A DNA stretch of 64,000 bases from an uncultured Candidatus Rokubacteria bacterium (lineage in GTDB: Bacteria > Methylomirabilota > Methylomirabilia > Rokubacteriales > DASRDR01). Where the stretch lies: NCBI GenBank assembly GCA_963805625.1, contig CAWDVE010000010.1:768001-832000 (forward strand), written 5' to 3'. Of the stretch, positions 1-8,600 are shown in pieces (the first letter of the stretch is position 1; the number at the start of each line of letters is the position of its first letter). The notes beneath the pieces were generated by a model that was not told where the DNA came from, searched no databases, and saw only the letters and a program-made list of their open reading frames with translations. A program made the position numbers and the translations under genes.

Positions 1-825
1 ACGGCCTGGCTGTCCGAGATCTGCACGCACGCCCAGCGGGTCCGTGGGCCCTTCAGCATCTACATGACCTTCGGCGGGGTTCTCTTCCTCGGCGTGCTGT
101 TCTTCCTGGCGTACCTCGCTAACGTACCGTGGCGTCGCGCCTGGTGGATGCTCCCGGGCGCCGCGGTCACCGTCGCAGCGCTCGCCTTCACCTATTCGCG
201 CAATGCCTGGCTCGGTCTGGCTGCCGGCGCCCTGGGGCTCGTGCTGACGGCCCAGCGGACCTTACGGATCGTGGCACTTCTCGCCGTGGTGCTGGCCGTG
301 GGAGCCATGGCCATGCCGGGTCCGGTGGCCCAGCGCGTGCGATCGGTCGTCAACCTGGAGGACCAAACCCTGCGTGACCGGGTGGCGATGTGGCGGTCCG
401 GCCTCTCCATGGTCGCCGACCATCCCCTGCTCGGCGTCGGCCCAGGCGAAGTCCGGACCTGGTACCAGCACTACCGGCGCCCCGAGGCGGTCCGGCCGAG
501 CACCGGCCATCTCCACAACTCCGCGATCCAGATCGCCGCGGAGCGCGGACTCCCCGCCCTCATCGCCTGGATGTGGCTCTGGGTCGTCTTCTTCCGGGAG
601 GGATGGCGGATCCTGGGCCGAGCCGAGCGGGAATCCCCGATGCGGCGCGCCCTGGTCTGCGCGAGCCTAGCGGGCGTTGCGGGATTCCTCGTTGCCGGCT
701 TGTTCGAGCACAACTTCGGTGACGCCGAGGTCGCGACGGTGGTCTTCGCGCTGATGGCCCAGCCCTGGGTGGTCGAGCGGGAGCTGGCCGAGGCCGGAAC
801 GACCGGACACGTGCCCGCCGGCTAG
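1..825 (+). CDS. O-antigen ligase (Wzy_C) family membrane protein, 5'-truncated by the window edge
   Basis: Frame is open from base 1 (..RVRGPFSIYMTFGG). Motifs TYSRNAW, R..MW, P.LGVG and HLHN, with multiple TM segments. Confidence 0.85.
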   Translation, partial: TAWLSEICTHAQRVRGPFSIYMTFGGVLFLGVLFFLAYLANVPWRRAWWMLPGAAVTVAALAFTYSRNAWLGLAAGALGLVLTAQRTLRIVALLAVVLAVGAMAMPGPVAQRVRSVVNLEDQTLRDRVAMWRSGLSMVADHPLLGVGPGEVRTWYQHYRRPEAVRPSTGHLHNSAIQIAAERGLPALIAWMWLWVVFFREGWRILGRAERESPMRRALVCASLAGVAGFLVAGLFEHNFGDAEVATVVFALMAQPWVVERELAEAGTTGHVPAG

Positions 826-875
826 GGCATCGCTCCGATCACGTTTGTGGCCGGCCGGTTCGCCGGCACCCGCCG

Positions 876-1220
876 CTACTGCGAGGGTCTGGGCTCCTCC
901 ACGGCATCGAGTGCCGCCGCGGCGGCCTCGCGCACGGAGCGATCCTCGTCGTGCCAGGCGGCGTGGCGGAGAGCGTCCGACGCGCCTTGGACATCGGACC
1001 CCAGCATCGCCAGCGAGTCGGCTGCGAAGCGACGGATCGTCGGATCCTCCTCCGTGCTGAGCGCCTCCACGAGTGCGGGGATCGTCCGAGGGCCGAACCG
1101 CGAAACGACGCGGCGGGCCTTCCAGCGCCAGTCGTCCGAGGACTCCGGAAGCATCGCCACGTCCCGGAGCAGCGAGCCGTGCAGTCTCACAGGCGACCAG
1201 AAGCCGAGCCGCGCCGCCAA
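876..1220 (-). CDS. HEAT/PBS-lyase-repeat protein
   Basis: IPALVEALSTEEDPTIRRFAADSLAMLG and DEDRSVREAAAAAL are HEAT-like repeats. The TTG start lies 3 nt after the upstream stop. Confidence 0.7.
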   Translation of the reverse strand: MAARLGFWSPVRLHGSLLRDVAMLPESSDDWRWKARRVVSRFGPRTIPALVEALSTEEDPTIRRFAADSLAMLGSDVQGASDALRHAAWHDEDRSVREAAAAALDAVEEPRPSQ

Positions 1221-1223
1221 CGT

Positions 1224-1787
1224 CTAGTTGGCCGGAGCGGCGATCGGCGCCAGAAGTGTCCGTGCAGCCACGGTGTCGGGCCCGGGTGAACGCCGAGCCA
1301 CGATGCGCGGCGTGTCGGGGAGCGCGTCCTCGACCATGACCGCGATTCGCTCCCAGCTCCGCCGCGGCGTCAACTTCAGGTAGTGGTCGGTGAGGTAGTG
1401 GGCCAGCTCGTGGCCAACGAGCGTCCGGCTGTAGTACGGAATGGCCACCACGTTCGTCCCCGGCAGGTAGAGCGCGCGGGCGTCGGCGCCGTGGGGCGCC
1501 ACCGTCACGAGCTGCCGGTACAGATCCGCGATCCGGCTGGCCGACATTACCATGACACGGACCTTCGGCTGGTTCGGATTCAGCGTCACGTTGAGGATCT
1601 CGACGACCTCCTCGAGGAGGTCGTCACCTTGCTCGGCCGCGATGTGCTCATCGCCGAAGTTCTCGACGGTGGCGTAACGGGTGTGGGCGAGCGCCGATCC
1701 CTCGCGGTAGGTCACGTCGGCACAGCCCAACACAACGGGAAGAAGAATGAGTGGAGCCAGGACTCGCAGCACATCCGAGAGACCCAT
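1224..1787 (-). CDS. Predicted lipoprotein with a HExxH zinc-binding motif (putative metallopeptidase)
   Basis: Hydrophobic signal with lipobox VLG-C, the motif GHELAHY, and a strong SD GAAGGAG upstream. Confidence 0.7.
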   Translation of the reverse strand: MGLSDVLRVLAPLILLPVVLGCADVTYREGSALAHTRYATVENFGDEHIAAEQGDDLLEEVVEILNVTLNPNQPKVRVMVMSASRIADLYRQLVTVAPHGADARALYLPGTNVVAIPYYSRTLVGHELAHYLTDHYLKLTPRRSWERIAVMVEDALPDTPRIVARRSPGPDTVAARTLLAPIAAPAN

Positions 1788-1793
1788 GGCAAA

Positions 1794-1822
1794 CTCCTTC
1801 CGGAAGCCGCCTTCCGGAGGAG
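1794..1822 (-). promoter_or_regulatory. SD-sequestering hairpin (riboswitch expression platform)
   Basis: Minus strand reads CTCCTCCGGAAG-GCGG-CTTCCGGAAGGAG. The 3' arm contains the SD 6 nt before the ATG at 1787. Confidence 0.65.
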
Positions 1823-1840
1823 CTCACAGGCTTCCCCCCT

Positions 1841-1933
1841 GCTTCTTCGGTAACCCGGCTCTCAGGCGCCCAACACCGTCCTGATCCGTGGCTTTGCGTC
1901 CCCACCTCGCGGCGGGTTTGCCTTGTCGGAAGC
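1841..1933 (-). ncRNA. c-di-GMP-I (GEMM) riboswitch
   Basis: Minus strand: GCTTCCGACAAGGCAAACCCGCC-GCGA-GGTGGGGACGCAAAGCCACGGATCAGG..CCTGAGAGCCGGGTTACCGAAGAAGC. It has the GGCAAACC and GGGACGCAAAGC hallmarks, a GNRA loop, the AGCCGGGTTACC 3' segment and P1 GCTTC/GAAGC. Confidence 0.92.
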
Positions 1934-1983
1934 GGCTTACCTATTCGGTTGTCTCGGCCTTTACGACTGCCGCGTCCGGGAGA

Positions 1984-1999
1984 TTCAAGTCCGGTGCCA
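1984..1999 (-). promoter_or_regulatory. Putative sigma54 promoter upstream of the riboswitch
   Basis: TGGCAC-CGGAC-TTGAA, one mismatch at -12 from TGGCAC-N5-TTGC, about 50 nt upstream of the aptamer. Confidence 0.45.
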
Positions 2000-2193
2000 G
2001 GGGAATTGCTAGAAGATCTGGCTCGCCGTCGGGATGAGGGAGTACTCCCCTAAGTGATGATCACCGTTGATATCCCTGGAGAAAAGTGAGGTCCGGCCTA
2101 CGGTAGGGGTGAGACCAAGGCAGGCCGAGCCTAGCCAATCTTACATACGCCTCCTGTCACTTCGCGGCCGACGTGTCGCCGGGTGAGGACGAG

Positions 2194-3924
2194 CTAGGGG
2201 TGGTCGAACCGATTCGAGATGGGTAGGCGCCAATCGCGACCAAAGGCCCGGGACGTGATCTTCACGCCCGGAGGCGCCTGGCGACGCTTGTACTCGTTCC
2301 GGTCCACCATCGTGATGACCTGCCGGACTGTCGCCTCATCGTATCCCAGCGCGACGATGTCCCCCACCTCGCGGTCCTCCTCGACGTAGGCTTCCAGGAT
2401 GGCGTCCAGCATCTCGTAGGGCGGGAGCGTGTCCTGGTCCGTCTGGTTGGGGCGCAGCTCGGCCGATGGCGCTCGCCGGATCACGGACTCGGGAATCACG
2501 GGACGACCGCCCTGGGCGTTCCGCCAGGCGGCGAGTGCGTACACCATGGTCTTCGGGACGTCCTTGATCACCGCGAAACCCCCGGCCATGTCGCCGTAGA
2601 GCGTGCAGTAGCCCACGCCCGTCTCGCTCTTGTTGCCGGTCGTCAAGACGAGCCAACCGAACTTGTTCGACAGCGCCATCAGGAGGGTGCCGCGGACGCG
2701 GGCCTGGATGTTCTCCTCGGCCACGTCCTCCTTGAGACCCTTGAACGGCGCCGCCAGGACCTGCCGGAAAGCCCGGGTGGCCGGCGTGATCGGCAGCGTG
2801 AGGAACTCGATGCCGAGGTTCCGCGCGACGCGCCGGGCGTCGGCCCGCGTCCCAGCGGACGAGAACGGCGACGGCATGGACACCCCGACCACGCCCTCGC
2901 ACCCCAGCGCATCCACGGCGATCGCTGTCGTGAGCGCCGAATCGATGCCGCCCGAGAGACCCACGACGACGCGCCGGAACCCGTTCTTCCGGACGTAGTC
3001 CCGTGTCCCGGTGACGAGCGCCGCGTACACCTCGGCGTCCCGGTCGAGGAACGTGGTGGACCGCGCCGGCACCGCGGGACGCGGCCGCTCCGGCAGGGGC
3101 GCCAGAGGCACGCGTCGAACCGGGGCCACCGCCATCTGCTTCTCCTTGCGCCGCCGCGAATCGCGAAGCCTCGCGCGGAACACCGCATCGAGGTCGAGGT
3201 CGGCGACCACCAGGTCCTCCTCGAACGCCCGTCCGAGCGCCAGCCGGTCACCGGCAGGGTCGAACACCATGGACTGGCCGTCGAAGACCAGCTCGTCCTG
3301 ACCGCCGACCAGGTTCACGAACGCGAGGTACCCCACGTGGTCCGCCGCCCGGGTGGCCAGCATCTTCTCGCGGAAGCGCACCTTGCCAACGTGATAGGGC
3401 GACGAGTTGATCGAGACCACCACCTCCGCCCCGGCAAGCGTCTGCGCGGTCATGGGCCCGGTGGGGTACCAGATGTCCTCGCAGATATTCACCGCGAGAA
3501 CCGGGCCGCCTTCGCCCAGCTCGAAGACCGGAGTCTCCACCCCGGCCTGGAAGTACCGGTTCTCGTCGAAGACGCCGTAGTTCGGCAGGTACTGCTTGTG
3601 GTACACGCCGGCCACAGCCCCGTCGTGGCAGACGGCGGCGGCGTTCATGATGTCATCCTGCCGGTCGACGAAGCCGACCACGACGATGAGGCCGCTCGAC
3701 GCCCGCGCCACCCGGTCGAGGGCACGCAGATTCGCCTCGATGAACGCGGGCCGGAACAGGAGATCCTCGGGGGGGTACCCGGTCAGGCACAACTCGGGGA
3801 ACGCGACCAGGTCGACCCCGAGTGCGCGCGCCCGCTCGATCTCGTCGAGCACCCGGCGAGCATTGCCCTCGACGTCACCGACGCTGACGTTGAGCTGGGC
3901 CAGGCCGATCCGGAGCTGTCGCAC
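2194..3924 (-). CDS. nadE: Glutamine-dependent NAD+ synthetase
   Basis: N-terminal nitrilase domain (FPEL, K..LPNYGVFDE, ICEDIW) and C-terminal synthetase (GLSGGIDS, ENIQAR, TGNKSE, PSAEL). Confidence 0.97.
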   Translation of the reverse strand: MRQLRIGLAQLNVSVGDVEGNARRVLDEIERARALGVDLVAFPELCLTGYPPEDLLFRPAFIEANLRALDRVARASSGLIVVVGFVDRQDDIMNAAAVCHDGAVAGVYHKQYLPNYGVFDENRYFQAGVETPVFELGEGGPVLAVNICEDIWYPTGPMTAQTLAGAEVVVSINSSPYHVGKVRFREKMLATRAADHVGYLAFVNLVGGQDELVFDGQSMVFDPAGDRLALGRAFEEDLVVADLDLDAVFRARLRDSRRRKEKQMAVAPVRRVPLAPLPERPRPAVPARSTTFLDRDAEVYAALVTGTRDYVRKNGFRRVVVGLSGGIDSALTTAIAVDALGCEGVVGVSMPSPFSSAGTRADARRVARNLGIEFLTLPITPATRAFRQVLAAPFKGLKEDVAEENIQARVRGTLLMALSNKFGWLVLTTGNKSETGVGYCTLYGDMAGGFAVIKDVPKTMVYALAAWRNAQGGRPVIPESVIRRAPSAELRPNQTDQDTLPPYEMLDAILEAYVEEDREVGDIVALGYDEATVRQVITMVDRNEYKRRQAPPGVKITSRAFGRDWRLPISNRFDHP

Positions 3925-3997
3925 GCGGATCCTCCGGCCCGGAGTATATCAAATCGTCCTTGACGAACCTCGGAACGCTCCCGATCATGAGGGCGCG

Positions 3998-4201
3998 ATG
4001 ACGGATGTCCCGGTCGAGCGCCGCACGTACTTTCCGCAGGCCGTTCCGGCCGGCGCCGAGCGGCGTCCCTGCCCTGTCTGCGGGCGCCTCACGCTGGCCC
4101 CCTGGTATCTGCGCCGGGATCGGGAGCGGCACGTCTGGCGGCGCTGGGTCTGTACCGCCTGCCAAGCCCACCAGGACCTGCCCGAGGACCAGTCCGCCTG
4201 A
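3998..4201 (+). CDS. Small zinc-ribbon protein (67 aa)
   Basis: CPVC...CTAC pairs, SD GAGGG before the ATG at 3998, divergent from nadE. Confidence 0.65.
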   Translation: MTDVPVERRTYFPQAVPAGAERRPCPVCGRLTLAPWYLRRDRERHVWRRWVCTACQAHQDLPEDQSA

Positions 4202-4281
4202 CGGGTCGGGTTCCGACTGTCCGACAGATTGCTGGCAACCGTCGGAGGAATCGCCGAGAAGCCGAAGCCTGATCCCGGTCC

Positions 4282-4508
4282 CTGGGCAAGGCCGTCCAGT
4301 TCCACTCGGGCACGACCGGATTCGGGGCGGGAACTCCCGGCGGCATGGGATTCAAGCTCAAGTACTGCCGGCCCATCCCCACCTCGACGACGTCGCCGCG
4401 GACTTCCCCGATCTCACGATCATCGCCTGCCACCCGTCGTGGCCCTGGCAGGACGAGATGATCGCCGTGTGCCTCCATAAGACGAACGTGTTCATGGAGA
4501 TGTCGGGT
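4282..4508 (+). pseudogene. Internal fragment of an amidohydrolase_2 family gene
   Basis: LGKAVQFHSGTTGFGAGTPGGMGFKLKYCRPIP, then a frameshift in the C-run at ~4380, then HLDDVAADFPDLTIIACHPSWPWQDEMIAVCLHKTNVFMEMSG. The N- and C-terminal parts are absent. Confidence 0.8.
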
Positions 4509-4665
4509 CAAGGCCCCCGTGGGACGGCCTTTGCCCGGCAGCGCGCCCAGACCCGGTTCCAGCAGCTGCCGGAAGAGGTTGAGGAGCTGTTGGTCGATGG
4601 GCTACGTGCGCCGAGTGCCCTGCCCTCCTTGACGACACCAGCCGCCGGATGGTAGTCAGGGCTCC

Positions 4666-5481
4666 GTGAAGCTCGCCGGCAAGGTTGCCCTCGTCACCGG
4701 TGGCGCCCGCGGGATCGGCCGCGGCATCGCCCTCGCCCTCGCAGGTGAGGGTGTCCACGTGGCCGCCGCCGACATCGGAGTGCCGACCGACGGCGCCATC
4801 GAGTACCGGCTCGCCCGGCCCGCCGACCTCGAGGAGACAGTTCGCAGCATCGAGGGCCGCGGGGTCCGATCCCTCGGCATCGCCGGAGACGTCACCCAGG
4901 CCGCCGACGCCCGCCGGATGGTCCGGGACACGGTGACTAGCCTCGGCAGGCTCGACATCGTCGTGAACAACGCCGGCGTTCTGGCCGGAGGGCCGTTCGA
5001 ACAGCTCACCGAAGCGCAGTTCGACCGCATGATGGCGGTCAACGTGAAGGGTATGGTGCTCGTGACGCAGGCCGCCCTGCCTGAGCTCCGGGCGCGCGGC
5101 GGGGGCTCCATCGTCAACATCGCGTCGATCGCGGGAAAGACAGGCCGTGCCTTCACCGCCGGCTACGCGGCCTCGAAGTTTGCCGTCGTCGGGCTCACGC
5201 AGGCTCTTGCTCACGAGTTCGGGCCCGCCAACATCCGCGTCAACGCAGTGTGCCCCGGCCTCCTCCGAACGACGATGTGGACCGACGGCGTCGCGCCCGC
5301 GCGCGCGGCGTCCCTCGGCGTCCCGGTCAACGAAGCGTTCGACGCATTCGTCCGCCAGACCACCCCCCTGGGACGCGAGCAGACGCCCGAGGACATCGGC
5401 GAGGCCGTCGTCTACCTCTGCCGCGCGGAGAACGTGACCGGCGTCGCGCTCAACGTCGCCGGTGGCGTGGAGATGCACTAG
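4666..5481 (+). CDS. SDR family oxidoreductase with a mycofactocin-SDR-like insertion
   Basis: TGGARGIG, NNAG and YAASK motifs, plus the insertion DIGVPTDGAIEYRLARPADLEETV. Confidence 0.9.
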   Translation: MKLAGKVALVTGGARGIGRGIALALAGEGVHVAAADIGVPTDGAIEYRLARPADLEETVRSIEGRGVRSLGIAGDVTQAADARRMVRDTVTSLGRLDIVVNNAGVLAGGPFEQLTEAQFDRMMAVNVKGMVLVTQAALPELRARGGGSIVNIASIAGKTGRAFTAGYAASKFAVVGLTQALAHEFGPANIRVNAVCPGLLRTTMWTDGVAPARAASLGVPVNEAFDAFVRQTTPLGREQTPEDIGEAVVYLCRAENVTGVALNVAGGVEMH

Positions 5482-5647
5482 CCCCTGCCAGCTGAAGCTC
5501 CCCAGGCCGATCCTGCGCTCCCCGGATCACGTCAAACCGCGAAAAGACGCGATGCTTCGGATAGAATGACGGGGCCTTCGCCGGCAACACCTTCTTCGTC
5601 ACGCATGCCGACGGCGCGAGAGTGGGGGGCGGTATGAGGATCTGCCG

Positions 5648-8600
5648 ATGAGTGGTCAGCCGGGCGAGCGCTCGGCTCCGATCAGGATCGGCCTGATCGC
5701 GGGCGGCCCGGATGGCGTGGCGCTCCTCCAGCTCCTGCTCGGATGGCCGGCGGCGAGGGTCGTCGTCGCCGTCGATCCCTTGCCCGGCGCGCTCGTGCTC
5801 CAGCAGGCCAAGGCGCGGGGAGTCCCGGCGGGGACCCGTCACCTGGAAGTCTTCGGTCACCTTCCCGTGGACCTGGTGATCGAATCCACAGGGCAAACGG
5901 CCATCCTGGACGAGTTCCTCCGGACGAGACCCCCGGGGATCGAAGTCATCGGCGCCAGGAGCCTCCCCTTCCTTCGCACCCTGCTGCGTGACCTGACCGA
6001 GAGCCTCGAGCAGCAGGCGGCGGCCGGTGAGATCCTCCGGATCATCAGTAGCTCCCCCACCGACGTGCAGCCGGTGCTGGAAGCCGTCATCGAGCACGCC
6101 GCGCGGCTCTGCGACGTGCCGGACGCGGATCTCTTCCGGGTCGAGGGCGAGGTGCTCCGCCTGGCGGCCAAGATCGGGCCCCACCCCTTCTGGTCGATCG
6201 GCGAGGCCGCGCCCATCAATCGCGACTGGGTGACGGGGCGGGCCGTGGTCGATCGGAAGCTCGTCCACGTACGCGATCTCTCCACGTCCGACGCCGAGTT
6301 CCCGCAGGGTGCGGCCTACGCCAGGCGCTTCGGCCACCGAACCACCCTCGCCACGCCCCTCCTGCGCGAGGGGACACCGATCGGAGCGATCCTGCTTCGC
6401 GGAATGGAGCTCCGCCCGTTCACCGACAAGCAGATCCAGCTACTCGAGACCTTCGCCGCCCAGGCCGTCATCGCCATCGAGAACGCGCGACTGTTCCGGG
6501 AACTGGAAGTCCGCAATCGGGACCTGACCGAGACGCTCGAGCAGCAGACCGCAACTAGCGAGATTCTGCGCGTCATTTCCAGCTCACCGACGGACGTCCA
6601 GCCCGTCTTCGACACGATCGCCCAGAGCGCCGCCCGGCTATGTGAAGCCCAGTTCTGCTTTGTCTTCCGGTTCGACGGGGAGCTCCTTCACTTCGTCGCA
6701 CAAGAAGGGCTCACGCCCGAGGGCGTCGAGGCCCTGCACGGCGCCTGGCCGATGGCACCGAGCGTCGGGAGCGCCGCCGGACGGTCGGTCCTCAGTCGCG
6801 GTGTCGCGCACATTCCGGATGTCCACTCAGACCCGGATTACGTGCTGGGCGCGGTCGCGGAAGTCGCCACCTACCGCAGCACCGTGGGCGTTCCAATGCT
6901 GCGCGATGGCGTTCCGATCGGGGTGATCACCGTCTCGCGATCCCGGGCCGGAGCCTTTCCAGACCGGCAGATCGAGCTCCTCAAGACCTTCGCGGATCAG
7001 GCCGTCATCGCCATCGAGAACGTCCGGCTCTTCAAGGAGCTGGAGCAGCGGAACCGCGACCTCACCGAGACGCTCGAGCAGCAGACGGCCACCGGCGAGA
7101 TCCTCCGCGTCATCTCGAGCTCCCCGACCGACGCGCAGCCCGTGTTCGATACCATCGCCCGGAGCGCTTTGCGTCTCTGCGAAGGCGGATTCAGCGTCGT
7201 CACCCGCTATGACGGTGAGCTCCTCCACCTCTCGGCGCACGCGCACGCGGCCATTGAGGGCGTGGATGTCATGCGGCGGATCTTCCCGATGTCACCGAGC
7301 CGGATCAACCTGGTGGGCCGCGTGATCCTGACGGGCGCGGTCGTGCACGTGCCGGACGTGCAAGCCGACGCCGAGTATGCGCAGACTCTCAGCCAGACCC
7401 TCGGTAACCGCAGCTCGATCGGTGTGCCGATGCTGCGCGACGGCCACCCGATCGGGGCGATCATGGTGGGCCGCCTCGAGGTTCGCCCGTTCTCCGACGC
7501 CCACATCGCGCTGCTCCAGACCTTCGCCGACCAGGCCGTCATCGCCATCGAGAACGTCCGCCTCTTCCAGGAGCTGGAACAGCGGAACCGCGACCTCACC
7601 GAGACGCTCGAGCAGCAGACCGCCACCGGCGAGATTCTCCGCGTCATCTCCAGCTCCCCGACCGACGTCCAGCCGGTCTTCGATACCATCGTGCGGAGCG
7701 CCGCGCGCCTCTGCGAGGCCTACGATGTGGTCATCTTCACGAAGGAGGGCGAACGGCTCCACGTCGGCGCGCACCACGGGCCGATCCCGCTGGACTTCGC
7801 CGACCAACCGATCCGCCGCGACTGGGCCACGGGGCGGGCAGTCATCGACCGCGCGCCGGTCAACGTCCGCGACCTCAGCAAGGAGGGCATCGAGTTCCCG
7901 GGAGGGCAGGCGCTGGCGCTCCGCATGGGTCACCGAGGCATCTTGTCCGTTCCCCTCATGCGAGAGCAGGAGGCCATCGGAGCCGTCACGATGCGGCGCA
8001 CGGAGGCGCGGCCGTTCTCGGAGAAGCAGGTCGCGCTGCTCCAGACCTTCGCCGACCAGGCCGTCATCGCCATCGAGAACGTCCGCCTCTTCAAGGAGCT
8101 CGAGCAGCGCAACCACGATCTCACCGAAACGCTCGAGCAACAGACCGCGACGGGCGAGATCCTGCGCGTCATCTCGAGCTCCCCAACCGACGTCCAGCCC
8201 GTCTTCGACACCATCGCCCAGAGCGCGATGCGGCTCTGCGACGCGGCCTACAGTGTGATCGGGAGGTACGACGGTCAGCTCCTGCATCTGGTCGCCCACG
8301 CGCGTGTCCGCGAGGAGGGGGTGGAGGCCCTGCAGCAACTGTTTCCGATGCGCCCGAGCCGAGCGACCACCACTAGCCGGGCCGTCCTCGAACGGACCGT
8401 GGTGCACGTCCCGGACGTCCTCGAAGACCCCGACTACGCTAGACCCGTGGCTCTGGCGCTCCAGAACCGGAGCACTCTGGCGGTGCCCATGCTGCACGAC
8501 GGTGAGCCGATTGGGACGATCTCCGTCGGACGGCTCGAGCCCCGACCGTTCACCGAGAAGCAGATCGAGCTCCTCAAGCTCTTCGCCGACCAGGCCGTCA

